Shown in pieces: positions 24,579 to 38,220 of a stretch of DNA of 60,000 bases. The DNA comes from Callorhinchus milii (taxonomy: Eukaryota). Position 1 is the stretch's first letter, and each line of letters begins with the position of its first letter. The position numbers were made by a program, and so were the translations under genes. The stretch spans positions 3,040,001 through 3,100,000 of the forward strand of contig NW_024704743.1 in NCBI RefSeq assembly GCF_018977255.1, in the 5' to 3' direction. Under the pieces are notes generated by a model. It made no database searches. It was not told the DNA's origin and worked only from the letters and a program-made list of their open reading frames with translations.

Positions 24579-27230
24579 CTGCAGAAACAAACAGGATGAA
24601 TCAACAACAGCAACAACAACTTGCATTTATATAGCGCCCTTCACATGGGGTAGTATCTCGGGAGCAGTTCACAACGCCGGAGTCTGACGATCAGCCAGGG
24701 GGAGAGGGAGGGGGGAGGTGAAAACGAGTGAGAGAGTCTTGCGTTGTTAGACACGAACGTTCACGAAACAGTCAGCAGAGAAATGCACGGTGTTTTCAGA
24801 ACAGGTCTAACAACTGGGTTCCTACTTACTGCTCTGTGAGCAGAGGCGTGCGGAGTAAAGAAACTTGCCTAAGGTGCCACAGCGACATTCAGCATATTTC
24901 ACCAGCCTGGCCTGCACGTTCACGGTGTATATTAGACATATTTGTGCTCAAGAGGTTCAACTATATCAGTTCTGGCATGTTAACAAGCAATTTTGTGCAA
25001 GCGGGGTTCGATTCCCGGGCAGGGCAAAATGTTGGGCAAGTTTCCTTTCTCCACATGCCTTTTTACCTACCAATGAGTTGTTAATTAATTGGTGGATTGC
25101 TTTTCTGGGGAGTTATAATCCCTTCAAAAATAATAATAATATGGTCACTCAATTCACGACTGTCTATGGGATACTGCTTTGCGCAATTGGCTGCCATGTT
25201 TCACCCACAAAATATACCGTCAATTCACTTTAGCGTATATACTGTGAATGGCTTTGAGACATCTCAAAAACGTGATAAGACACTATATCGAATGCACGGT
25301 CTATTATTATTAAAAAAAGGCAAATAGGTTAATTTGCAAATAAATAGTGACAAATTGGTATCAAGAAAAATCTACTTCAGGCCTTCAACAGGATTCCATG
25401 GGGATCATAAAGAGAAATAAAAGGTTTAATCCGTTTTTCGGATGAGATGTTAAACCGAGGTCCGGTCTGTGCCTGTTCAGGTGGACGCTAAAGATCCCGC
25501 GGTGCTGTTGGAAAAGAGAAGGGAGTTTCTCCTGGTGTCCTGGCCGACATTTCCCCCAGGGTAAAATTCATGGCTGTTTGCAACTGGCTCCCACTTTTCG
25601 CCCATAAAATACAGTCAATCCACTTTACAGTATATCCTGTGAAGCCCTTTCAGACGTCTCAATGATTTAATAAGGCGCTTTGAGGCATCTCGAAGATGTA
25701 ATAAGGTGCTGTATCAGACACATCTTAGCCAGCGATTTGCAGAAAAGGATGCATAAAAATACGTTGCAAGGAGATAAATACACGGTTACATAGATACGCT
25801 ACTGGTTAGACACGTAAACACAACTTTAAGGTAAGGCAAATAGTAATTTAGTTGAATAAATGCGCAACTTAGGTGTCAGGTTCGATCCCCAGCTTTGCTT
25901 TCCACCACACATCCATTCCCTGGCACCCCCTTACCTCGCCTCCCGACCTCTCATACTCACCCACCCTCTCCCTCCGCTCGGCTCCAGCCTCCTGTTCGTC
26001 CCCTCCATCATCAGTAGCTGTGCCTTCAGCCACTGTGCCCCAAAACTCTGGAACTCTCTCCCTCAATCCCTCCGCCTTACCCCCTCCAACCCCACTTGCA
26101 AATCCCGCCTAAAGACCTTCCTTTTTGATCGTGCTTAGTCACCTCCCCCCGGCTCGGTGTCAGACTCCACCAACGTGAAGCGCTCCGGGACGCTACCCAG
26201 CATGACGGGCGCTATATAAATGCAAGCAGTTGTTGAATATAATTAGTCCTATGAGACATACTTGTGTGCAAATAATCGAAATACTTGTATTTGATACAAC
26301 TCCTTTTCACAATCTCGAGATGCCTCAAAGTGCTTCACAGGATTTACTGTAAATTATAGTGACTGTGTGTTAGTAAGCGAACACGGCAGCCAATTTGTCA
26401 TCATTGTCCCCCAAACAGGCACAAAACAGCCATGACTAATTTAATTTGGGGGCACTGTCGGCTAGGACATTGGGAGAGAGAGAGACTAGACTCCCTTCTA
26501 TTTTCCAATAGCTCCGCGGGATCTTTTAACGTCTACCTGAAGTACTGATGTCTACCTGAAATCTGGCCAAGTCCAGCTCTGGGAGGGAAAGTAAGAATGT
26601 CGTACTTGGCTCTGATCCAAAGCCATGACTGTTTGTGGGATGTCGCTGTACGCAAACTGGCTGCCTGCATCTGCCTACAAAACACGCAGTAAATCCTATA
26701 AAGCGTGTTGGAATGTGTACGATGATGTAATAAGACGTTATATCAAACACAAGGATGATTATTAAAAGCTGTAATAGTTACGGGCTGCTTGGCAGACAGC
26801 AAGCTGAAAATTTCTGGATCTGCAGTTCGCTGAACAACCACTCACATTTATACGACAACAACTTGCAGTTACACAGCGCCCCTCACGTGTGGGGTAGCGT
26901 TCCACGACAGCGGCGGGAGCACGACACCGAGCCGGAGGAGGTGACCATAAGCGCGGTCGAAGAGGACGTTCTTCAGGCGCGACCTGAAGATTGGGAAGGA
27001 AGGGGCAAAGCAAAAGGATAGAGGGAGAGAGAGTTCCAGAGTTTCGGGGCGTAGCGGAGGAAAGCACAGCCGCCGATGGTGGAACGGAGGGGACAAGAGA
27101 CATGCAGAGGGGACATGAAGCACCCTTCACGCAGGGGGTAGCGTCTCAGAGGGCTTAAACACCATTGATTCTGACGGGGTAGAACAATTACAAAAAGCTC
27201 GCGCATTTCTTCGAGAAACGCAATAGTTAC

Positions 27231-27553
27231 CTGTGGAGCGAGTTGGCAAAATCTGATTGACGAGCAGGCTGTTTATCTCAGGCAAGCCCTTCCTTCCCGA
27301 AATCTCATCCTGTACATATCGGCGTAGAGTCCAGTTCTCTGTGCCCGCCGCGCCCGAGTCCTGACTGTAGCTGATAGACGAGGAGCGGATGGTGCGGAGA
27401 TGTAAACTTTGTGCTCTCTGTTGGCGAGCGGCGTCGCAGGTCTGATTGGGATGCCAGATTTGTTTACAGTGGTAGCAGAACTCCGTACCACATCCTTCGC
27501 GGCCACAGGTCAGTTTGGGACAGCTGGCACAGCCAAATGCTATCACTGCATAG
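27231..27553 (-). CDS. RNF19A: RNF19A-like coding exon 2, IBR domain; ends at 27345 (GC donor) or 27231 (GT donor, +38 aa)
   Basis: [50 protein letters not shown]; both candidate donors are phase 1 as the next exon requires. Confidence 0.88.
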
Positions 27554-29224
27554 CTACGCAGGGGGAAACAATAGGAAATCGTTAGAACGACTGGGACGTC
27601 ACCCCTTCAGCACAAACACACGCACATCTCGAAACCATCAAGTAGTATTAATAATCCTTGCATTTGATGGAGCGCCTTGTCACGTTGTTGAGACGTCTCG
27701 AAACGCTTCACAGAATATGTGCGCAATTGGCTGCTGCGTTTCGCCCACAAAATATACATTCAATTCACTTGACAGTATATTCTGTGAACCGCTTTTAGAG
27801 ACGTCTCGAGGAAATGATATGGCGCGATATAAAATGAGAGGATTATTATTGTTATGTGCCACACAAATCTCCACTCCTTACTCTCTCCCACACCTCCTAC
27901 CACCATTACTCCGCCAGTGGATTCCAAAGCACTCGTGGTACCAGAGAACCTTGTGTGGTCGTTCGCTGGTCACAGTTTATGACGTCCACTATAGTTGTCA
28001 GATTACTGGCAGGATAAGCAGTGGTCCCCACTCAGAGCCAGAAATCACACAAGGATCACAAGATTTAAGTGCTTTGGGACGTCACGTGGAATGTGTTACA
28101 TAAATACTCTTTTGGAACACTATTCCTACACCTTGCCCCTTCCTTTCCCATTTTCAGGTCAGCCTGAAGACCTTCTTCTTCTACCGTGTCTACGGTCACC
28201 TCCCTTCGCTCCACAGTTTGCCATCGTGCTCCGCCACTGTCAAGCGCTCCTGGACGCTACCCCGCGTGAGGGATGCTGTGTAAATGCAAGTTGATGTTGA
28301 TGTAGAAATTTATATTGAATTGTTTTGCACTCCAAGGGGGAAAAATATCAACCGACAATATCATTTAAAATCTGCTGCGCATTACAGCGTCAGAGTCCCC
28401 CCCTTCAACAGCAATTTCCATTTGTATAGCGCCCTTCGCGTGGGCTAGCGTCCATGTATTAGGAGCCAAGCCTTGGGAACTGTCATCAGCATACTCCAGA
28501 CCCGCCTGGCTCAGGAACCTGCCTAGAGGCGGCTCAGTACGTGTCGTAGTACTTCATCTACATGTCTTAGCACATGTATAAACTTGTGAAAAAAAAATAA
28601 GGTTAGCTTTTCCATCTTGTGTGTCAAACTGACTCACTCAGTTGATAGCATTCTTTCCTCTGAATCAGAAGGTTCAAGACCCACGAGTTGGTCATTCGAC
28701 AACCGACAAGGGCGGGTTTGAGCCCTCACTAGGTGGAAGGTAGGTAAGCACTTCTTAACAGTGAGCTTAACGGTGGGCAACACAGCTCAGCAAGAAATGT
28801 ATGAGAGCACTGTCACCATCTTCCTGTAGCTCGGGCACAAGTCCTTTCCCAATGATTTGCTAAATTCAACCCTACCTGTGGATATAAAGATGCCTGGAAT
28901 TAGCATCAGACATGGCATCAGGCCACACGTACAGACCAAATTGTGAAACGCCAACTAATCTGTCTCCTCCCGAGACTTAACTCGGGCCAATTATGGTAGC
29001 TCTCTGCTGCTCATCTCTGAAAACTCTGAAAAATGAGGGGGGGGGGGGGGGTGGGTGTGCGCGGGCAGGAGTCCGGGGTCGGTACAGGTCTCTGGAGCTG
29101 AACTGGTTCCAAAGTGACTCAGCAACACATTGTCAGGATTGCGTCAATACTCCATCGTGATCTCCAGTCTGGTTCTTGAGCCAGCACGTCTACATTACTC
29201 CAGGGCACATTACTCTAGTGACAG

Positions 29225-29580
29225 GCTAGCCAGCCTGGCCCATCGACAGGAACAGGGAGGGGCAGGGATTCTTCTCACTCAGTTACTGTTAACCCTGTAA
29301 GCTAAAGTCCTAATAAGCCAGGGTAGTCCTAGCTGGGGGAAAGCTTGGCCAGACAGTGATATCAATGGCAAACTAAGTGGTTTTAACTGGTTAAACTCCA
29401 GCAGTTGCCCTAACGCACAGACCTGGGGTCCCCAAGCCTTGGCTTTTGCCAACGCGCGCCTAATACTTTCCGGAATTCGATGAGCCGGGTGCGTATCTGC
29501 AGGGAGACATTCCATTCCAGGCGGGGAGATCCCCCCGCGTGTTAGGTAACATACCTATATGGCTGGTTTGGATACTGTTC
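29225..29580 (+). repeat. Unclassified hairpin-rich interspersed repeat
   Basis: Same motif order as the copy at 18270. Confidence 0.8.
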
Positions 29581-32500
29581 ATTCAGCACAGTGTTGGGTT
29601 TCGGTGTGTCGGACACTCAGCGTCTCAAGAATTGCTGAGAACAGCTAATTCAGCAAACAACAGGCATCAAACTTGGGACATTCCAAATTCGTAATTCTTC
29701 ACAGCGCCTCGGGACGTCCTCCCGACGTGAAAGGCGCTCTATAAATGGAATCTTGTTGTTGTTGTTGTTGTTGTTGCACGAGCTGCATTTAAAAGCTCGG
29801 TCCCCAGCAGGACAGCAGGCTACATTCTCAGCTTTGAATGAAACAGAGCAAAGGAATCTGCCGAGCCACTCATTTTGTCGCGAAAAAAAAAAAAAAAAAC
29901 AGAACAAAACACTTCGCCGTTAGCGAAAAAAAAATACTCACTACAAATTGAACGGATCCCTCAAAACGGATTCTGGTAACTTCAGGTCGAATGCAACGAC
30001 GACAACAACTTGCATTTACGCTGCGCCCTTCGTGCGGGGCAGCGTCTCAGAGTGCTTGGCAGCGGCGGAGCCCGACACCGATGCCAGGGGGAGGGATTGG
30101 GGGGAGAGAGTTCTGAAGTGGACACCAGCGCTTTTCACGTCCCTCTCCCACCCCCCGTGGTCAGGCTTTCAGCCTATCTGCCCCCCCCCCCCCCACCCCC
30201 CACTCTCTCGAACTCCCTCTCTCTCCTGTTGCAAAGTCCTTTTCTCTTTGCCCACATCTTCGGTCATCTTTAATCTCCCCACCCTTGGCTCCCACTCCCA
30301 GCTACGGTGTAAAACCAGGTGTCCAACACCCTGAGACGTCCTCCCGACATGAAAGGCACTGTATAACTGTAATGGTAATTACCCCAAATCTCTTTTAGAA
30401 AATATGGATGCATGTAAATCACTGCTCACATATGTGGTGAAAGCTTAGGCAGGCTTCCACACGCCTCTGTTTACCTAGCAGTAAGTAGGAACCCGGTTGT
30501 TAAGTCGATTGGCGGATCGCTTTCTGGGGGTAATGATCCCTCCAAGAAAATTGGTCACTCACTCCACAACTGTTTGCAGGACACTTAACTGCCACGTTTC
30601 ACCCACAAAATACACGCGAGTCAATCCACTTTACAATATATTCTGTGAAGCGCTTTAAGACGTCTCAATGAGGTGGGAAGGGGTGATATCAAATGCAAGG
30701 CTTATTTATGTACTTATTTAGTTATTATTTAGTTAACAGTGATATGCGGAGCATTCCTACCACAATCATTCACGTGCAAATTAAACCAAACTTGACCAGA
30801 AAACAAAAATAATCCCTCACTTTCAAGAGATTCCTAATCTCTCGGGAGCCTCAGAGATTTGTGGCAGGAATACTTGGCTAGGATTCAGGAATATGTGGTT
30901 TTATTTTTAAAAAATTATCACTGACGTACGAGCTGGACTGCCTCACACAGTTGGACTCGGAGGCCCACAGTTACTTTATGCAAGGTTTTGATTTAAAGAA
31001 AAACCCTTTCAAAAAGAAGACAGCCGGAGACTCCCTACAATGGTCTGTTCTTCAAGCAGATTCATTTGAAGGTTTTCACTTAAAAAAATCCGGTAAAAAA
31101 AAATAAACTTTCAAATTTAAAGATTTTGTACGCTTTACTCAGTTGTTTATATAATAGACGTAATATAATAATCAACATTTCATTTGATATAGTCTCTTAT
31201 CACGTTGTTGAGACGCCTCAAAAATGACCAAAAGTCAAAGAGGGACGTTTTGGACCTTGAACATGGGGAGCAAGCAAGTCGGAGGGACTCCTGGATAGAG
31301 TTCCAGGGGGTGGCGACAGAATGGCTGAAGATATCAGTGTGCAACACATTTCCATTCAAACTCAATTCAAGCAATTTACGAGGTTCCTTTTACTCTCACC
31401 CACTCCTGAAAGACGGAACCGAAATCTATAAAGCAGCAGGAAAGACTGAATCAGAAGTGAGCGACGAGTGCCAACTTCTCGTGCTCCTTTTCAAACAAGA
31501 GCACCGCATTTGTTCACATAAACACTTGAGGATAAAGGAATTTCAAGAGATTGAGGACGGATTTTGTTAAGGCAGAGAGCCAAGCCACAAGTTGTACTTA
31601 TATAGAGCCTTTCACGTACAGGAAAAAATCTCAAAACTGCTTCACAGAGAAGTGTCCACTTGAGCAGGATATAAGAGGAGTGGGGAGGAAGGCGAGTGAG
31701 CCCGAGGCCAAAGAGGTAGGTTTTTAGAAAAGCTTTCAAAGCGGAGGGGGAAGCATGCGGACAGAGGGAGAGAATTCCAGAGAGCAGGGAATAACTGACT
31801 CATAGCTCGCTTGCCAATAGTGAAGTGGAGGGGGGGGGGGGTGACATGAAACAGGCCTGACTTAGCAGAGCGGAGGAAACGGGAGAGATGGAACATTGCA
31901 GGAGATCAAAGAGGAGAGGGGAGGGAGAGGGAAGGAAATTCAAAGGCATGGAGTTACGTCGAAAGTAATTATGGTCCCGACTGATACGACTTATGTGAGT
32001 TTTACTGTCTTAAAGGTATTGCCACGAGAACATTTTATTATAAAAACCGAAAGAGTCAACGTGAGATATGTAGAGGCTTAGTAAAGCACGGCTCAACATG
32101 TAATTATACACTAAGACTTGAATTTTTTCCCTTCTGCTGTTACAATCAGTGTTGAATTCTCACCAAGAATTATCATATCACAGGAAGTATATTAGCACTG
32201 ATCCCTGCGCAATAAACATGGTCCACTTTTAAAAATCAGTTGGAGACGTTAGAGAAGAATTTCAAACTACAAGAAAGTAGTAATAAATAATAATAATCTT
32301 TGCATTTGCTACAGCACCTTATCACATTGTTGAGACGTCTCAAAGCGCTTCACAGAATATACTATAAAGTGAATTAACTCTGTATTTTGTGGGCGAAACG
32401 CGGCTGCCAATTGCGCACAGCAGCGTCCCACAAACAATTGTTTTAAAATAGGATTATTACCCCCGGAAAGCGACCATAATTGGGTACCTACTTGCTGCTA

Positions 32501-32630
32501 GGTAAACAGAGGCACGTGGAGTAAGGAAACTTGCCTAAGGTGCATACCCCCCCAGGAAGTGATCAAAGTACACGGAGTTTGATCCCCACACCATTGATGG
32601 CTCTACCCAGTCACAGAGGTCCTTCCTTAC

Positions 32631-33223
32631 CCACAGTCCGGAGCAGGACACCATCGACAGTCGGGATCCGCCACCAGCCACCGGCGCAACATAAACTCCT
32701 CGTACTTTTCCATCAACAAATCGTCATTTAAAATCATGCGAATGTCATGGGGATTGAATCGCTCGGAGCACTCTGGGCAGCTGATGTTGACCCTGCTCTC
32801 AGAGATCTCAATCCTCAAGTACTGTCGCAAGCAGTCCGCACACGAGCGGTGATGGCAAGTCATGATGGCGGGGAACCTGTCCCTGGGATGACGCAAAAGG
32901 CACAGAGGGCATTCGAGCAAGTCTCCGCTCGGCTTGTCGGTGGACGCATTGCCACTTTCGGACGAGCCGCAGGTTGAGAAGATGGAGTTCTTGTCATTGT
33001 ACAGCTCAGAGTGAATGCTTTCGATACTCGCAATTCCATCCACTCCTCCGTTTAGATCTCTGGATTTGCGTTTTGACTCTTTCTTCCTGCGAAACAGAGA
33101 CCCCAGTGACAGACGATGTTTCTTTGGTGCCTTTTTGACTGAAGGTAGACTGACGGAGGAGGCCGAGGACTGCAGGTCCCTGTCAGAGCCTGGGCCCAGT
33201 TGTTGATTGCGATGTAAACTCAT
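32631..33223 (-). CDS. RNF19A: RNF19A-like first coding exon (MSLHR...RING1...WCPAPDCG)
   Basis: ATG at 33223; [23 protein letters not shown] and RING1 [17 protein letters not shown] match RNF19A; donor GG|GTAAGG; probable exon acceptor at 33386. Confidence 0.96.
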
Positions 33224-34529
33224 TTCTCTCACAGCTGTCTGTCAGACTTCCTCAGTTCAAGTTTGTACAGGCTGAGAAATCTTCTGTTAAATCCTAATCC
33301 ATGTTTTGCAGTTCTCTGGCTCACTAAAGCCGAGCTCACTCTGCAGTTCCTGGAAAATTTAGTCTTTTAAAGCATCCCTGGTATTTCTGCCAAAACAGGA
33401 AACCAATAAATGTTATCATACTCTTGCAACAAAAGGCACTAGACATTTTGTACACCAATATAAGCCAAACTCCTAACAGCTGGCTCTGACCTTTCTTCCT
33501 TGCAAAAGAACATTTCAAATGTATACATCTTCACGAGCTGTGTTACAAAGCACATTTGTGAACGTTACAAAATCAACAGAACCAGCTTTATCCAAATAAA
33601 TTCCTGCTCCAAGTTAGTTTTCTCCAAAGTGTTAGAGTGCAAGCAGCATTTACCGCTGGCAGTGCTAGGTTAGTTTAGATAGCACAGAAGCAACGGCTTT
33701 TCTCAGAAACAGAATGAATGCGACCTGTAACGTAAAAATATCCCAGTGGGGAATGTAGAGAGCAAACAAGGCCTGCATTGCGAGAACGTCGGGTCTTGCT
33801 GTGGCATACACACTCTCCCAAGTTATAACCCTCAGCGACTTTTACTGGGGGAGGAACCCAGAAGAGACCCAGCCCTCTCTTCCCACGGGGAGGCGAAGAA
33901 CGTGCAACAAAAATCACTCAGGTCTGCTCATGCACATTTATCATTCGGCTTCACAGAAACGTGATAAGACGTTAAGGTCTGTGCCTGTTCAGGTGGATGT
34001 TGAGGATCTCGCAGCGCTATAAGAATAGGGAAAGGGGTATCTCTCTCCCTGTGTCCTGGCCAACAATTCCCCGGCTAAAACTGGTTACTCACCCCATGGC
34101 TGTGTTTGGGACATTGCAGTGCGCAAACTAGCTACCGTGTTTCGCTCACAAAATACACGGTCACTTCACTGCAGTGTATCCTGTGAAGGGCTTTGAGAAG
34201 TTTCAACCATGTGTTAAGGCGCTATATCAAATGCAAAGATTACTATTATTAAACCTTTCAAGCTCACTCAAATAACCAACAAGTGACTAGACTCCTTGAG
34301 TGGTTGGGGGGGAGCGGAGGGAGGGGTGGTGGGGGAGACGTCTCTCCTTGGAACTCAGACAAGGTTTCTGTGACCCAATTGCCCTCCACTCACAATACAT
34401 CTTCCTGTTTCGCTTCCCCCACCCCCACCGATGCCCCCTTCCCGCTACACCTCACCAACGCCAGGTGTGCGTTCGGCCATTCCGTCCTCCTCGATTCCGG
34501 CATTCCCTTCCTGAGCAACGGAATAAACC

Positions 34530-34865
34530 AGTCACTGTGGGCAGGGCATCCTCCCGCTCAGCTCCCGTTAGCCCTGCAAGCCGAAGCCCAAACGGGTAGG
34601 GTGGTCCTAGCTGGCCGGACGGTGCTGCCAATGGCAAGCTGCGTGGTTTAGGCTGGTGAGACTCCGGCAGTTACCCCCCAAAGCGCACAGTCTCCAAGCC
34701 TTTGCTCCTGCCCACCTGTACCTAATACTGTCCGGATTTAGAGAAGCAGAATATGTCCCTCCAGGGAGAGCGCGCGTTCAATTCCAATAAATACCTCTGG
34801 AATTTCCATGTACAGGTAGGTTGGAGACTTTGTTTAGTTTGGAGACTCTTAAACCATGGTCTGCC
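34530..34865 (+). repeat. Unclassified hairpin-rich interspersed repeat
   Basis: GGGTAGGGTGGTCCTAGCTGG, TCCCTCCAGGGA and GTTTGGAGACTCTTAA motifs. Confidence 0.8.
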
Positions 34866-35603
34866 CCTCCACCTCCGAAGTAGTACTTTTGCCGACAGAC
34901 CCTTTTGACACGTTTACTTTGGAACATTCTAGAAAAAAAACGAAAACGCCTCTCGCAGGGTGTTGTGCTTTTTCAAAAAAAAAAAAGGAGGCTGAACGAC
35001 ACTTTGCTGATCTCATGTGAATGTTGGCATCACCAAAGCCAAGATGCTGTCAGAGCAAAACGTATACATGGCCCTCTGCAACCGGTAGGGAACGGATTCT
35101 ACAAATCAGGGCTGTAACAAAGCACATTAGTTTCGCTCCCAAAATATCCGGTCACTACGCTTTACAGTGTATCTCGTGAAGCACTTTGGAGACGTCTCGG
35201 TGACGTGACGAGGTGCTGCATCAAATGCGAGGTTTTTTTTAATGCGTTGTAAGACAGAACCCTCAATTTCTGATGAGCGTTTTTTTTTCAAGCGATGTCA
35301 TCTTCATTTCTCTATTCCCGAGAAGTTTGTCTATTTTATATTTGAATGGTTCCCAGTACTCTTACAATACATAATTGCCTCACCTCATTTCCTGGAACAA
35401 GATAAACAAGTATTTGCATATTGCCTTGTTAGAGAAGAAACATACTACTCCTGAAAACAGTCCTGAACACACTGAAGGAAACAAATTCCTCTTTGTAGCT
35501 GACGCTGCAACAGGAATATCAGTTTATATAAGCTCCCCTCACATAGGGCAGACTCTCAAGAGCGTTTGCAAGGAAGTGGTTGGAGCATACTTGGAGCAAG
35601 GTT

Positions 35604-36255
35604 GGAGTCCTGTAGCTCAGCGGTTAGAGCACTCGCTTTGCAAGCGAGACACCTGGGTTCAATTCCAGGCAGAGGGCGAAACCTTGGGCAAGTTTCCTTA
35701 CTCCACACACCTAATAATAATCCCTCCAAAAAACAAAACAATACTAAATTGGTCATTTTCAATCCACGACTGTTTGTGGGACATTGCTGTGCGCAATCGG
35801 CTGCCGCGTTCGCCCACAAATATACAGTCAATTCACTTTACAGTATATTCTGTGAAGCGCTTTGGGACGTCTAGAAGACGTGAAAAGCGCTATATCAAAT
35901 GCAAGGATTATTATTACTACTTCATCTCGCAAGCAAGAGGACCTGGGTTTGATTCCCGGGCAGGGCGAAACGTTGGGAAAATTTCCTTACTCCACCTTCC
36001 TCTGTTTACCTAGCGGTAAGTAGGAACGCCGGTTGTTAGTCGATTGGAGAATCGCTTTCCGGGGGTAATAATCTCTTGCAAAAAAAAAAAAAAAGTGGTC
36101 ACTCAATCCATGACAGTTTGTGGGACACTGCTGTGTGCGATTGGCTGCCGGGTTTCACCCACAAAATACAGTCACTCCACTTTACGGTATATTCTGTGAA
36201 GCGCTTTGAGGCATCTCAGCAACGTGATAAGGCTCTATAGCAAATGCAAGGAGTA
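35604..36255 (+). mobile_element. Young short SINE directly followed by an older long-form SINE lacking its A-box head
   Basis: 35604-35917 is near-identical to the 11885 copy; 35921-36255 resumes at CTCGCAAGCAAGAGG and contains the extra internal block. Confidence 0.85.
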
Positions 36256-37899
36256 TTACTATTAAGGATGGGGTTGGATTCTGAGCAAGGGAGTGGGTGA
36301 TGCAGCCGTAGGTGCGTTAAAGAGATGAGTTCCGAGGAGGGACTGGGATAGAGAGAGGGTATTATTATCAGCAACTTCCCATCTCATCTCCCCACAGTTT
36401 CTGTTAGACATTAGCTTCTCATTTCTGCTGCTTTCAAACTCCACTTCCCCTTACCTGCACTATTTCTGTAGATCTCTCTGTCCTCAACCTTCGCATAAAC
36501 TCCTCCAACCACCGACAACCAATGGCCGCCCTATCTAACCCTACCCCTGACCGGGTCTTTACCCGAGGCCTCTCAATTGCTTGTATTTCCATCTCCAACA
36601 AAGCCATCTCAGACCTTTGCTTCCTTTACCTTCCTCGTCCGCACCAAACTCCAATCACCCCAGTCCTCACCAGTCTCCACTGGTCCCATGTCACCCAACA
36701 GATTATTTTCCAGGTCCTCACCTAGAAATCCATCCTCCAATCTTCTACCCAACTTCTCTGTTTGCGCTCTCTGCCAAGCTAGCTCGGTTTTGCCACACAC
36801 CCAACCCTCACCAAGCTCCTCACCAGTTCCTACATCCCTTACCCTCTGGAATTCGCTCCCTCAACCTCTCCCTCGCACCCCCTTTCTGTCTCTACATTCC
36901 GCCCTCCACTTTGAACGTGCCTCTGGCCACCTTCCCTTGCTAGCATTCAACCCCATCCTTGTAAAACACTCAGACATTACCCTACGTGAAGGGTGCCATG
37001 TAAATGCAGGTGTTGAATCGGCCACCCTTGCTCTCCCCTCTGAATCTGACCTCCTCTCCCTTCCTCTCTTTCTGTCCCATTCCCCCCCACCCCCCCATCC
37101 TTTTTCTGCACCCATCCCTTCCTTCCTCTCCCTTTCCCTTCCTCTCCATCCCTTCTTCTGAAGTTACCACCTCTCTAAAGCCAACCCTCTCTTTCTCCTC
37201 GCTCCCACTTTCTCTCTCCCACCCCTCTCCGAAGCTGCCCCCTTCCTCTCTGACTTTTGAGTGGGGAGAGAAACTAATACCTATAAACTGCATTCTCTCA
37301 TCCATTCATAAGATCTTTTTACATGAAGCCATAAAAGGTTGAAAACCGTGCCAGTGTAATTGTACTCTACGTGAAATCCAAGTCTACAAATCACAGTCAC
37401 ACACGCTGAGAACTAACTAAAGATGAGAAATGGTGCAGTGTTGGTAAGCTATGAGGTTACTTCCTACAGCAGCCGGACTTCTCAGAAACAGTGTGGCCTG
37501 GTTGGATCCAGGCCAAACGTTAAAGACATTACACAAGTGCTGAAATGTTTCTCGACATTGATGGCAGAACTGTAACCTCCTCCAACGGCAAAACTGTGAG
37601 GTTTACTGTACTGCTGTTTCTAAACATTTGCATAACTTGTCGATATCATTCTCACCGGACTTTTTCCCCTCTTCATCCTATCTCAACAACAAACCTGGCC
37701 CTTTTTTGTACCTATCAACAATTGTTTACGGTAAGGTATGTTCATGTGTGCTTTTAAGCAGGACAATGCTTAAAATGTTCACCGTTTTAACATATTTTTG
37801 CACATCGAGGCCACTTCCTTAGTGCTGGAAGGTCTTTATTCTCACGGATTACAAGGATTCTGATTGAACAGCAAGTCATCAAATTGGTTAAGAAAATAA

Positions 37900-38220
37900 A
37901 GTCCTGTAGCTCAGTGGTTAGAGCACTCGCTTTGCAAGTGAGAGACCTGAGTTCAATTCCCGGCAGAGGGCGAAACCTTGGGCAAGTTTCCTTACTCCAC
38001 ACAGAGCCTAATAATAATCCCTCCAAAACCAAAAACAATAATAAATTGGTCATTTTCAATCCACGACTGTTTGTGGGACATTGCTGTGCACAATTGGCTG
38101 CCGCGTTCGCCCACAAATATACAGTCAATTCACTTTACAGTATATTCTGTGAAACGCTTTGGGACGTCGAGAAGACGTGAAAAGCGCTATATCAAATGCA
38201 AGGATCATTATTATTATTAT
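37900..38220 (+). mobile_element. tRNA(Ala)-derived SINE, young short subfamily
   Basis: Near-identical to the 11885 copy. Confidence 0.92.
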
